From positions 1 through 49,170 of the forward strand of contig JADZAX010000575.1 of NCBI GenBank assembly GCA_020852405.1: a stretch of DNA of 49,170 nt. Direction: 5' to 3'. Under the pieces are notes generated by a model. That model ran no database searches, was not told the origin of the DNA, and saw nothing but the letters and a program-made list of their open reading frames with translations. Positions within the stretch are counted from its first letter, which is position 1, and the number at the start of each line of letters is the position of its first letter. Below, piece by piece: positions 9,739-19,403 of the stretch. A program made the translations under genes and the position numbers. Origin of the DNA: Verrucomicrobiales bacterium. GTDB taxonomy: Bacteria > Verrucomicrobiota > Verrucomicrobiia > Verrucomicrobiales > DEV007.

Positions 9739-11385
9739 ATGAACCGACTTCTGGCCCTTGCGATCATCCTTGGCACAGGCGTGCCGTCAGCCCATGCCGA
9801 TGACACCGGCCGCCTCGCCGCGTTGCTGGCACCGGGGCAACCATCGGGCGGAGTGGTGACGATCCCACCCGGCGATTACCACCTCGACGGCGCCGAACCA
9901 ATTCCTCTGGCCTCCCACATGACCGTTTTCGCTTACGGAGCACGGTTTCTACTTCCCCGGACCCTCCCCGACAAAGCGCGGATCGTTCTGTTTGCCGGGG
10001 CCGACATTTCCCACTTCACGTGGCAGGGAGGCGAGTTTGTCGGTCAGGTGTTCGATCCGGGGCAACGTGACAACACCTGGGAACCGAATGTGAACACGAA
10101 AGGAATCGAGATCACGACCACCCGGGAAGGGGGCACGCACGACATTCTGTTCCGGGATGTGAAAGCGGACGGCCTGGCCGGGGCGGTGATCGGGGTCCAC
10201 GGTCTCACTGGCAAGAGCAGCGAAAGTTCGGTCGGGGCATATGCGGAACGGGTGGCCCTGGAAAGCTGCAGCCTGCTGCGAAGCGGAAAATTCATGTGGG
10301 ACTATGGCTACCTCTGGCAGATCCTGACATGGCCGGAGGAATACGAAACCTGGGAAGTCGAACGGGCAACCCGGTATTTCCGGACCGACCTCGTGCACCC
10401 TGCGCGAATGGAGGACGGCGGTGACCGGGTGATCTTCGACCCTCGTGAAAAAAACCTCCCGGTGAGCCGGTCGGATGAGCCAGCGGAGGCGCTGAGCTTC
10501 CTTGGCGCTGACCTGCCGACCAATCTCCGCCGCGGACAGCAGTATTTTGTGGTCGCCTCCGGCAAGGATCACATCAAAATTTCGGAGGCTCCCGGCGGCA
10601 TCCCCCTCCATTTCAAGGGGGACGCGGTGGGAGCGTCCCTGGCCCACAACCTCTCCGCCACCTATCTCTCCGCTTATGCGCCGACCGGCAGCGGTCCGGG
10701 AAAAGGCGCCTTTGACATCGTCGGCGCGAAGGACGTCCGCGTGACTGGTTGCCAACTCAGCGCTCTCGGGGACACCATGCACATCCAGCGGTGCCAGAAC
10801 ATCATCTTCGCCAACAATCACATCCTCGGGTCAAGGATGGGGGCCTTCTTCCTGGCCGAGTATTGCCGGAACGCCACCATCACCGGCAACCTTGTCGATG
10901 GAACCAACGGCAGCCGCGTGGTCAGCGTGGAAAAATCCTGCACCGACGTGACCATGATCGGCAACACCTTCCGCAACGGAGGCCGGGGAGCGTGGATCAA
11001 TCAGCCGGTGAACTTCATCCTGACCGGAAATGTTTTCGTCAACAACACGACCAAAAACGAGCCCGACAAGCGGCGGGGACGGATCGCCTACCAAACCGGG
11101 GAACCGGGGCGTTTTCCGGAACTTTATTTCACGATCTACGAACCCGGGGCCCGGTATGGTCCGGTGATCGTGCGTGACAATGTCTTTGTTCCCGGCCCGG
11201 CGGCTCCCGCAGAAGCCGTGACCTTTGCCCCGAACGGGCACGACCTGCAGATGACGGGCAATTCCTTCCAAGGAAAGCCGGTCTCGATCGTGGTCGACCC
11301 CAGCTGCCAACAAACCCTGATCCGGGAAAACCCTGGTGCGGAAACCGTAGTCAAGCCTGTGGATTTCAATCACGGGCGACGCTGA
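9739..11385 (+). CDS. Secreted right-handed parallel beta-helix repeat protein (pectate-lyase-fold/NosD-like)
   Basis: ORF 9538..11385. ATG 9739 gives MNRLLALAIILGTGVPSAHA. Repeated beta-helix turns such as ITGNLVDGTNGSR, MIGNTFRNGGRGAWI, LTGNVFVNNT and VRDNVFVPG. Confidence 0.8.
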   Translation: MNRLLALAIILGTGVPSAHADDTGRLAALLAPGQPSGGVVTIPPGDYHLDGAEPIPLASHMTVFAYGARFLLPRTLPDKARIVLFAGADISHFTWQGGEFVGQVFDPGQRDNTWEPNVNTKGIEITTTREGGTHDILFRDVKADGLAGAVIGVHGLTGKSSESSVGAYAERVALESCSLLRSGKFMWDYGYLWQILTWPEEYETWEVERATRYFRTDLVHPARMEDGGDRVIFDPREKNLPVSRSDEPAEALSFLGADLPTNLRRGQQYFVVASGKDHIKISEAPGGIPLHFKGDAVGASLAHNLSATYLSAYAPTGSGPGKGAFDIVGAKDVRVTGCQLSALGDTMHIQRCQNIIFANNHILGSRMGAFFLAEYCRNATITGNLVDGTNGSRVVSVEKSCTDVTMIGNTFRNGGRGAWINQPVNFILTGNVFVNNTTKNEPDKRRGRIAYQTGEPGRFPELYFTIYEPGARYGPVIVRDNVFVPGPAAPAEAVTFAPNGHDLQMTGNSFQGKPVSIVVDPSCQQTLIRENPGAETVVKPVDFNHGRR

Positions 11386-11470
11386 ACCACACCACAAGGC
11401 GCTGTTTGAGCGCGCTCATTTTCAAATTCACCGGAAAAGCGAAATCCCGTGATCCTTGTGTCCCCAACCT

Positions 11471-11490
11471 AAAAAGCCAGACTTGCAGTC

Positions 11491-11493
<3 letters not shown>
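11471..11493 (-). terminator. Intrinsic terminator directly after tRNA-Glu
   Basis: The minus strand reads ...GGGTCG CCAGACT GCA AGTCTGG CTTTTT. This is a 7-bp stem, a 3-nt loop and a T-run. The 5' arm of the stem includes the encoded CCA end. Confidence 0.5.
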
Positions 11494-11565
<72 letters not shown>

Positions 11566-11813
11566 GTGGGACCGTGAGGCCTTGGCCTCGCGTAAAGTGG
11601 AAGGGCAAGATGGACCGTGGGCCGCTTTCCCGCAAGATGTTTTTTTCACTCTGAAGGAGGAAAATTTGCCCCCTCCCGAAGCGTGCCTTTGGAGTTCCAT
11701 GGCAGCAAGACGTCCGATCCTCCCCTTGGGTTGGAACCAAAGCGGGGGCCAAGTCCCTCAGAGAACGGTGCCAGGAAAGAAGCCCGGAAGTTTGCCCCCA
11801 CCAGGCCTGGGCA

Positions 11814-13199
11814 TCAGACCACCTCCGGCGGATTTCCCAGCAGGCTGAGGAAATCCCCGGCCGTTCGCAAGGCCGCCCCGTGATGGTGCGCCAAAACGGC
11901 CTGCCCGGCGGCCACCATGTGCCGACCAGTGGAAGGATTCCGCAACAGTTCCCGCAGAGGTTCGTGCAAGAGGGTTTCCATGGCCCGGGCATCCTCGTCC
12001 TCCAGCACCAGCAGTCCACCGGCGGTGCGGAGTTCTTCGACGAGACTGGTGAAGTTTCCCATATGGGGACCCACCACGGCCGGCACGCCCACCGCGATGG
12101 GTTCGGAAGGATTTTGCCCCCCCCGGCCGAGCAGACTTTTCCCCACCACGACAACTGTTGCCAGGGCATACCAAGCCCGAAGTTCTCCCGTGGTATTCGC
12201 GATAAGAACCACCGGAGCGGAGAGGTCGGAAAGGTCCTCTGTCGGATCCGGCACCACCCGGTGCCGCAGGATGGGACGAATGCCCAGGGACACGAGATCC
12301 TTGGCCACGCTGCGTCCTCTTTCGGCGTGGCGGGGCACCAGCACGAGCCGCAAACGGGAAAATTCCTCCCGGAGCCGGAGCCAAACACGGGCGATCAGCG
12401 CCTCCTCCCCGGCATGCGTGGACCCGCCGATGAGCATGGGACCGTCCCCTCCCTGTCCCTGCTCTTCAAGCCACCCACGCAAAGCCGCGATCTTGGCCTC
12501 GTCTCCAACCGCCACGGTGTCGTCGTATTTGATGCTGCCAGGACAGAAAATCCGATCTTCCGGCACCCCGAGCCGGGCAAAGCGGACCAGATCGGCGGGA
12601 AACTGCACCGCCACCCTGTCCAGCAGTCCATAAAGCGGGCGGGTGATGGCCCGGAAGGCGTGGAACCTGCGTTCCGAGCGCCCGGAAAGCCTGGCGTTGG
12701 CGAGAACGACGGCCCCGTTCCGGACTTTCACGGCCTGCACCAAATTCGGCCAGATCTCCGCCTCGATCAGAATGAGGATCCGGGGTCGGACCAGGCGCAC
12801 GACCCGGCCCGCGACCCAAGGCAAATCCACCGGATGATAGATGACCGTGGCGAGGTCCGTGAGTTCTTTTTCCGCAAGTCGGTAGCCTGTGGCCGTGGTG
12901 GTGGAAAACACTATGTCGAGACCGGGAGACCGGGCCAGCAAGGCCCGGAGCAGTTTGGCCCCGACGAGGACTTCCCCGACGCTGACGCCATGTACCCAAA
13001 GCCTTGGAGCGGTCCCCGACTTCAGCCGGGCCTGGCGGGCGGTTCCGTAGAAACCAAACCGCTGGGAGAGACTGCCGAAAAAGTCACCCCGCCGGAGCCC
13101 CTTGATGAGGTATCCCGGAAACCCCACCACAAGCAAGACCGGCAGCAGGGCATTGTAGAGCCAGCGGATCCAGAGGGGCAGGCGGTCAGGGGTTGGCAT
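11814..13199 (-). CDS. waaA: 3-deoxy-D-manno-octulosonic acid (Kdo) transferase
   Basis: ORF 11814..13361. ATG at 13199 (MPTPDRLPLWIRWLYNALLPVLLVVGF) avoids overlap with rsmD. Hallmark motifs: LWVHGVSVGEVLVGAKLL, FSTTTATG, IGGSTHAGEE, LVPRHAERG and GGQNPSEP. Confidence 0.88.
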   Translation of the reverse strand: MPTPDRLPLWIRWLYNALLPVLLVVGFPGYLIKGLRRGDFFGSLSQRFGFYGTARQARLKSGTAPRLWVHGVSVGEVLVGAKLLRALLARSPGLDIVFSTTTATGYRLAEKELTDLATVIYHPVDLPWVAGRVVRLVRPRILILIEAEIWPNLVQAVKVRNGAVVLANARLSGRSERRFHAFRAITRPLYGLLDRVAVQFPADLVRFARLGVPEDRIFCPGSIKYDDTVAVGDEAKIAALRGWLEEQGQGGDGPMLIGGSTHAGEEALIARVWLRLREEFSRLRLVLVPRHAERGRSVAKDLVSLGIRPILRHRVVPDPTEDLSDLSAPVVLIANTTGELRAWYALATVVVVGKSLLGRGGQNPSEPIAVGVPAVVGPHMGNFTSLVEELRTAGGLLVLEDEDARAMETLLHEPLRELLRNPSTGRHMVAAGQAVLAHHHGAALRTAGDFLSLLGNPPEVV

Positions 13200-13281
13200 G
13201 AGGGGAAGATCGATTCCAGAAGGTTGCCACGGCGTCACAGGGAAGACGGGCACACTTTCTTGGCGAAAATCGGGGCGTTGT

Positions 13282-13878
13282 CTAAGGGGAATCGGAGGAA
13301 TCTCCCTCGCCCGGGACCTCGTCCTCCGCAAGCGCGAGATACGTGACGAGGGTTTCTCCATAGCGGCGCTCCCTCAGAGAATGCCAGACCGGAGCGGGAG
13401 GGAGACGGCTCTTGGACCAGGAGTCCAGGACAAAGCATCCGCCGGGGCGCAAAAGAGCGGGCAGGGCCGGAGTCTCAAGCAGGGTTTTGAGTTCTTCCCG
13501 TTCCTCAGGTCCCCTTGCATACGGAGGATCGGCAAAAATCAGATCGAAACCCGGACCAGATGGAAGTGACCGCAAGATCTGGGAGACGCGTCCCGGACGG
13601 ACCATTCCACCGGCCAGCCGGGTGGAGAGCAGGTTCTCCTCAATGATCCGGCAAGCGGTCGAGGATTCCTCAACAAACAGGACCGAGGCCGCCCCCCGGC
13701 TCAAGGACTCGATGCCCAAGGCCCCACTGCCAGCGTAGAGGTCCAAGACCCGGGCTCCGGAGACCAGATCGCCCAGGCTCGAGAATACCGCCTCCCGCAC
13801 CCGGTCCGTCGTCGGCCGGGTCAGGGATCGGGGAACTTTCAAGGGTTGACCGCCCGCCAGGCCGGTGATGACTCGCAT
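13282..13878 (-). CDS. rsmD: 16S rRNA (guanine966-N2)-methyltransferase
   Basis: 198 aa: MRVITGLAGGQPLKVPRSLTRPTTDRVREAVFSSL..., SAM motif VLDLYAGSGALGIESLSRGA, and catalytic FADPPY. Confidence 0.88.
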   Translation of the reverse strand: MRVITGLAGGQPLKVPRSLTRPTTDRVREAVFSSLGDLVSGARVLDLYAGSGALGIESLSRGAASVLFVEESSTACRIIEENLLSTRLAGGMVRPGRVSQILRSLPSGPGFDLIFADPPYARGPEEREELKTLLETPALPALLRPGGCFVLDSWSKSRLPPAPVWHSLRERRYGETLVTYLALAEDEVPGEGDSSDSP

Positions 13879-14082
13879 GCGGGAATCCTTGCCCCGTCAG
13901 GGAGGTTTCGCAAGTGGAGGAGTGGCGCCCACTTCTTTCCCTTGGTGAGCCTTGGAGTCGCACCTGGCACCCCACCGACAGGCCTCCTGATGAATTTTTT
14001 ACGTATTGGAGCTTTTTCTGTCACAAAGGCATGCGAAGATTTCGATGTCAGTAAGTGTCAGAGAACCACCACTCTAGCTTCC

Positions 14083-15612
14083 ATGCCCCCTGAAAACCAT
14101 CATCCCTCTGCCGTGCCACTTCCTCAAGCGGTGACATTGGGGGTGGAGGATCTCGCTCCGGAAGAATCCCCACCCGTTGCGGTGGTGGTGGATGCGGACA
14201 GTTCCAGCCCTTCAGAGGAACCGGTCCTGACGGCTATCGTGGCTCCAGAGGAAATCGTGATTCTCCATCCGGTGGCGGCAGTGCGCGACCCTTGGGTGGA
14301 ATATGCGATCCAGTGGCTCCGCCCGCGTCCGAAGCAAAATGACGCCGCCCAGAAAGTGTCGGCCTTCACCGTCGCGCTGGCGGTGCATGCGGTGATCATT
14401 TTTCTCCTCGGCCTCGTCATCCTGTCGGTGCCGTTGATCGACCCACCGGCACTCACAGCGGTGGTCGCGCCTGTGGATCCGACCATTGAGGTGGAGTCGG
14501 TCCAGTTGCAGAAAGTCCAGCGGGTCAGCCATGCCTCGAGCGCTTCGGCCACCCCGACGTTCACCATCACCTCGAATGCACTTTCCAACGTGACCATCCC
14601 CGACTTCGACCGCAAGGCCAGTCTCGATGTCACGATCGGCATGCAGGGTTTCGGAGCGGACATGGGGCTGGGCTTTGAACCCGATGGCGTCGAATCGAAG
14701 GTCAACTTCTTCGGAATCAAGAGCAGCGGCAAACGCATCGCCTTCGTCATCGATGCGGAGAAGTTCATGCTTGAGGACAAGAAAGGCGGCATGCCCGCCT
14801 ACGAAAAGGTGAAGGAGGAAATCGGCCGCATGCTTGCCGGTCTGAACCGAGCCACGGCTTTCAATCTCCTCGTCTACGAAGGTGGTCGGCTCGCCACGTT
14901 CCGTGACAAGCTGATCCCGGCGCAGCCCTCGGCGATCCGGGAAGCCCTGGCCTGGCTCTCGCCGCTGAACAAAGATTTCGACCGGCTCGGCATCGCGGCT
15001 TCGGCGGAGTACAATTCCATGCAGGTGAAGGCCACGAACCTCGATCCGGTGCAATCAAAGGACATCTCGGGATATCCCAAGGCCATCCAGGCCGCTCTGG
15101 AGATGGATGTGCACACCTTGTTCATCATCAACAGTGGCTGGCGCCACATGCACCGCACGCCCACGGAGAAAGAAAAGAAAGAGCTCGATAAACGCCGGGA
15201 ACAAGAATGGGACGAGAAAAAGCAGGCCGAATGGGCTTTGGCGGTGAAGGAGGCGCATGATTTCGTGGACAAGGAAAACGCCGCCCGCAAGGCCAAGGGC
15301 ATTCCTCCCAAAGTGATCGCCGACTGGTGGCCATTGGTCCGCCAGCGCTCTCCGAAAACAGCCTACCCTCCCTCCTACCGGGGCTACACACCTGAGGAAG
15401 TTGAGGACACCATCAAGCACTCGGTTTCCGATCTCTACCGGGACGCCAACAAGCCGCGCCCGGAGGTCAATGTGGTGCTTTTCATCGGTGAGGATGAAAT
15501 AGTGGCCCCGGTGATCGAGGAGCATTTCAAAAACCTGACCCGGGGCAACCGGGGAAAACTCAAAGTCCTCAAAGGGCTCGAAGGCATCGAGGATGTCACC
15601 AAGGTGAAATAA
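14083..15612 (+). CDS. Single-pass membrane protein with a vWA-like (MIDAS-less) extracytoplasmic region; paralog 1
   Basis: ORF 13846..15612. The part upstream of ATG 14083 overlaps rsmD and an AT-rich stretch. TM segment KVSAFTVALAVHAVIIFLLGLVILSV. Core VNFFGIKSSGKRIAFVIDAEKFML...FNLLVYEG...ALAWLSPLN has the beta-alpha pattern of a vWA fold. Clearly paralogous to the next gene. Confidence 0.75.
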   Translation: MPPENHHPSAVPLPQAVTLGVEDLAPEESPPVAVVVDADSSSPSEEPVLTAIVAPEEIVILHPVAAVRDPWVEYAIQWLRPRPKQNDAAQKVSAFTVALAVHAVIIFLLGLVILSVPLIDPPALTAVVAPVDPTIEVESVQLQKVQRVSHASSASATPTFTITSNALSNVTIPDFDRKASLDVTIGMQGFGADMGLGFEPDGVESKVNFFGIKSSGKRIAFVIDAEKFMLEDKKGGMPAYEKVKEEIGRMLAGLNRATAFNLLVYEGGRLATFRDKLIPAQPSAIREALAWLSPLNKDFDRLGIAASAEYNSMQVKATNLDPVQSKDISGYPKAIQAALEMDVHTLFIINSGWRHMHRTPTEKEKKELDKRREQEWDEKKQAEWALAVKEAHDFVDKENAARKAKGIPPKVIADWWPLVRQRSPKTAYPPSYRGYTPEEVEDTIKHSVSDLYRDANKPRPEVNVVLFIGEDEIVAPVIEEHFKNLTRGNRGKLKVLKGLEGIEDVTKVK

Positions 15613-15745
15613 GCCCCACATTCCCACCCCAAAGCGACGCATTTGCGGCGGCTCCTGATCCGGGAAAATCGGTGGCGGGGCGCACCAATTGGTGGCAGGT
15701 TTTATTCCGTCTCCCGCCATTTTCCCACCGCACGCGGCTCTCCAC

Positions 15746-17770
15746 ATGACTCTGGATCAAGAAGATCTCGAAAACCGGCTCCGGGCTGCCCCTGCTGATT
15801 GGGAGGCACGGCTCGCCTTGGTGGAGTGGCATGTCCTGCAGGGCGACAAGGCATCCGCCCGCAAGGTGGTCAGGGAATCCCCCGATGAGGGCCCCCTCCC
15901 CTCCGACGTTCAGTTCCATCTTCATACGTTGCTGACCCGCCCCGTCAAGGAGGCCGAAAAACCCAGCGAGGAGGGGAAACTGCCAGAGAACGGCACCGCT
16001 TCTCCTTCAGATCGACCGGTGACGCAGGACAAAGTCGAACCTCACGCCGAGTCCGCCATAAGCCGGCCGCCCGCCCCAAAAACCGAAGCGCCGGAAACCC
16101 CGCCCACGGTGGCCCAATCCCCGAAGGACGAGACGGCAAAGGAAAACTCCCCCCTCTCTCTGGAAAACAAAGAATCTCTGGAATGGGCACGCAGTCGCCA
16201 GAAAAAGCGCCGACTGCGCGGCGAGAAGGTATTCGACCTCCCCGAAGACCTGGATCACACCGATGCCCGGGCGCCCATCAAAGCGTTCCGGGCGGCAGCC
16301 CCCGACACCCCGGCGCATCTGGCACCGGCCCCCTTGGTTCGCCCCAAAAAAACCGACCACGCCGTGATCCGGGCCCGCAGTGGTCCCCTCGAAATTCCCG
16401 AACCGAGCGAGGATGACCTCCTGCTCAGTGAAATGCCACCCATTGACCGGCCTGCGGGAACGGCGGAAAAGATTGGGGCATTCACTCTCGCCATGATTGT
16501 GCATGCCGCCATCGTGGTCGCCTTGTCGTTTGTCGTCATCGCGTTGCCCATCATTCAGCCCCCGCAGTTGGTGGTAAACACCCAGTCCGACCGTGACCAG
16601 TTGATCATTGACCAGAAAAAGCTCGTCAAACCGACGGACAAGCCCATGCCGAGCGCGGCGGCCCCGCACGAGGCCTTCATCATCAGTTCCACGGCGCCGT
16701 CGAACATGACGGTGCCGGACTTCGAAAACAAACGGACCGTCGACCTCGTCTCCCCCATCGCTGGTCTCCAGATTGATGGCATGGGATTCAGTTTCAATGG
16801 AAAGTCAGGCGACACCTCCGATGTCAATTTCTTTGGCATCAAGTCGGGAGGCAACCGTATCGTCTTCATCATCGACACAGCACCCGGCATGCTGGTCGAT
16901 GAAAAGGGCGGAATGTATGCCTATGACAAGGTGAAAAACGAAATCGGGATCATGCTCACCGCCTTGAACCGTGGCACCAGTTTCAACATCATCCTCTATC
17001 AGGGAGCGCGGGCCGCTTCCTTCCGTGAAAAACCGATCCCGGGACTGCCTTCCAACATCCGGCAAGCGCTCGATTGGATGGATCCGGTGAACCGAACCTA
17101 CGAAGACCTCGGACTGTCGGGGGATTACATGGCCAATCCGGTGGTTCTTACCGACGGGGTGGGCCCGATCAAAGCCGCAGAATGTGTGGGTTATACCAAA
17201 GCCATCCAAGCGGCCATGGAGATGGATGCCAACGCCATTTTCTGCATTGCCGGCGGTTACGAAACGATCCGCCGCCAGGCAGATGAAGAAACGCGCAAGA
17301 AAATGCGGGAAAATCCGGCCACACCGGGAAAGGTCGATCCCAAGGACCGCGAGGCTTGGCAAAAGGCGGTCGAAAAGACCCAGGCATGGCTGGCCAAAGA
17401 GAACGCCGCCCGCTCGGAGAAAGGGCTCCCACCGAAAGTGGTCCTTAATTTCTCCCAACTCGTCAGCGACGTCACCGGAGCCACCCCTCCCCGGGCCGTT
17501 GGGGGAACGCCTTCTCCGGTCAAGCCGCCCAACCTTCCCCCCTACACCCCCGAGGAAATCGAGCAGCATCTCCGCGACATTTCGAAGGCCGTCGTCAGGC
17601 GTTCCCCCGGCAGCAGTGAACCCTCGGTGCACTTGGTGCTCTTCCTTGGCAAAGGCGAAGACATTGGAGTCCAAGAGGAACATTTCAAACGTTTGACCCG
17701 GCAGAACCACGGCAAACTGAAGCTGCTTCGTGGATTGGACGCATTGAAGAACGTCACCGGCAGCCAGTGA
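15746..17770 (+). CDS. Single-pass membrane protein with a vWA-like (MIDAS-less) region and a long acidic/Pro-rich N-terminal region; paralog 2
   Basis: ORF 15689..17770, with ATG 15746 (MTLDQEDLENRL). TM segment KIGAFTLAMIVHAAIVVALSFVVIAL. Core VNFFGIKSGGNRIVFIIDTAPGML...FNIILYQG...ALDWMDPVN. Shares C-terminal blocks KENAARSEKGLPPKV and EEHFKRLTRQNHGKLKLLRGL with paralog 1. Confidence 0.75.
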   Translation: MTLDQEDLENRLRAAPADWEARLALVEWHVLQGDKASARKVVRESPDEGPLPSDVQFHLHTLLTRPVKEAEKPSEEGKLPENGTASPSDRPVTQDKVEPHAESAISRPPAPKTEAPETPPTVAQSPKDETAKENSPLSLENKESLEWARSRQKKRRLRGEKVFDLPEDLDHTDARAPIKAFRAAAPDTPAHLAPAPLVRPKKTDHAVIRARSGPLEIPEPSEDDLLLSEMPPIDRPAGTAEKIGAFTLAMIVHAAIVVALSFVVIALPIIQPPQLVVNTQSDRDQLIIDQKKLVKPTDKPMPSAAAPHEAFIISSTAPSNMTVPDFENKRTVDLVSPIAGLQIDGMGFSFNGKSGDTSDVNFFGIKSGGNRIVFIIDTAPGMLVDEKGGMYAYDKVKNEIGIMLTALNRGTSFNIILYQGARAASFREKPIPGLPSNIRQALDWMDPVNRTYEDLGLSGDYMANPVVLTDGVGPIKAAECVGYTKAIQAAMEMDANAIFCIAGGYETIRRQADEETRKKMRENPATPGKVDPKDREAWQKAVEKTQAWLAKENAARSEKGLPPKVVLNFSQLVSDVTGATPPRAVGGTPSPVKPPNLPPYTPEEIEQHLRDISKAVVRRSPGSSEPSVHLVLFLGKGEDIGVQEEHFKRLTRQNHGKLKLLRGLDALKNVTGSQ

Positions 17771-17927
17771 CGAAGCCTCCTGGGCGGCCTTCCCAACGAA
17801 CCGGAAACCGTCCGGGATGCCCCTTCTGAAGGGACGGATTCATGCCGGTTGCAATCCCGGTCTGGCACGGCATTTTTCCCGTCACCAACTTTGGCGAATC
17901 CGGGCCACCGGATTGGCATCCTCTCCC

Positions 17928-19205
17928 ATGCGTTACCGACTCATCACCTTTCTCGTTTTCGGAGCCATCCTCACCGCCGTTGGTGAGTGGGATCTGCGCA
18001 ACAACCGCTTTGACTTCACCCGCCGACTGGACAGCCGTTGGTTGGAATTCTGCGCGGGCAACGTCCCCGACCGGATCACCAAACCCGCCGTCACCCTGAT
18101 CGCGATCGACGATGAGTATCTGCCCCTCATTGAGGACAAATTTTCGCGCCTCGATTGCGCCGCCATCCTAGACGCGCTGGATGATTTCGAGCCTCCGGCA
18201 GTGGCCTTTGAACCGGCGGTGAGTTTCGATGAGAGCCGGGCCATCATGCCTCTCAAGGAGGCTGCTTTGAAACTGCCAAGGATCGTTCTCGGAGCCACCG
18301 TGGAGGATGGTCCCGCTCCGGCCAAGGCCCCGAAACTGACCTTTCATCCCCTGACCAAAGTGTCGGGAGACACCGCCAAAGTGCCGCTTTTCACCCACAC
18401 TGCGAGCGGTCCTGACGAGGAACTGCTTGCCAATGGAGATCCCGCGTTCACCCGGATCGAGTTGCAGGATGACGCGATCTCCGGTCTGGTGGACAGCATC
18501 CCCCTCCTGGCACGGCAGGGAGACCAGATCGTGCCCTCTTTTGTCGTGGCAGCGTTGGCCGCCACCCTGCCGGGGGGACTGGACAATGTCGAAGTCAAAC
18601 TCCCGGCGGCTGGCCAAACCAAAGGCACCATTCAGATCGGGGAACACCTCCGCATTCCCATCGATTCCCGGGGGCACATGAAAACCTTCCGCCACAATGG
18701 ACTGGCGGAGTCCCAGATCAAACAGATCTCCGCTTCCGAAATGTTTCTCGCCGATTCGACCGACCCGGCGGTGAAAGCTCAACAATTGGACCTTCAAGAC
18801 GAAGTTGCTTCTCTCAAGGAAAACCTGGTGGTGATCGGCAATGACCATTCGGCGGACCGCCATGTCTCCGTGAACGGCGAGACCAAACTCTCGCAGGTCG
18901 GCTTGCTGACGAGAGCCCTGGCCACGATCCAAAGCGGCCGGTTCATCAGCCAATGGTCCTCTCTGGGACGTATTCTGGGCATTCTCGTGATCCTGGGGCT
19001 GGCCGTCATTCTATTTCGGAAAAATCGTGGTGCCGTGCTGGGTTGGGGGCTCCTTGGGACCTTTCTTTTCTTCGGGATCGTCATGCTGATCTTCAAAAGC
19101 ACCCTCCTCTGGACCCCTCCCTTTGTTTTCATGGGACTTCTCAGCGTGATGATTGTGGCCGGCCTGATCCTGCCGGCCAATTTCAGCCCCAGCAAGGAAG
19201 AGTAA
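17928..19205 (+). CDS. CHASE2 domain-containing membrane protein without an output domain
   Basis: ORF 17817..19205, with ATG 17928 (MRYRLITFLVFGAILTAV, N-terminal TM). CHASE2-like blocks: PAVTLIAIDDEYL...AAILDAL...AVAF and NLVVIGNDHSADRHVS...QVGLLTRALATIQSGRFI. Three C-terminal TM helices follow, then the protein ends 11 residues later. Confidence 0.7.
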   Translation: MRYRLITFLVFGAILTAVGEWDLRNNRFDFTRRLDSRWLEFCAGNVPDRITKPAVTLIAIDDEYLPLIEDKFSRLDCAAILDALDDFEPPAVAFEPAVSFDESRAIMPLKEAALKLPRIVLGATVEDGPAPAKAPKLTFHPLTKVSGDTAKVPLFTHTASGPDEELLANGDPAFTRIELQDDAISGLVDSIPLLARQGDQIVPSFVVAALAATLPGGLDNVEVKLPAAGQTKGTIQIGEHLRIPIDSRGHMKTFRHNGLAESQIKQISASEMFLADSTDPAVKAQQLDLQDEVASLKENLVVIGNDHSADRHVSVNGETKLSQVGLLTRALATIQSGRFISQWSSLGRILGILVILGLAVILFRKNRGAVLGWGLLGTFLFFGIVMLIFKSTLLWTPPFVFMGLLSVMIVAGLILPANFSPSKEE

Positions 19206-19403
19206 GCCCGATGGGGTTCGCCGAAGATCCAGCCGGGTTCGCAGAGGCAGCCAAGAGTGCGCCCACGGCCATCCCCGCAAGAACAACCAAGCCCCCGGGA
19301 CCTGCGACCTAGGGAATTCCGCAAGAAAAGGAAGCGGGAGAATCCTTGAACAAAGACAGGTGTTCATCCCCCGTCCCCTTCCCTTCCCCACAAAGAGGGA
19401 ACG

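Noticed and set aside
13846-14082. Upstream extension of paralog 1 (ORF-track start 13846)
   Set aside because: The extension overlaps the rsmD start and runs through an AT-rich, promoter-like stretch (13990-14080). ATG 14083 is the first start clear of both.
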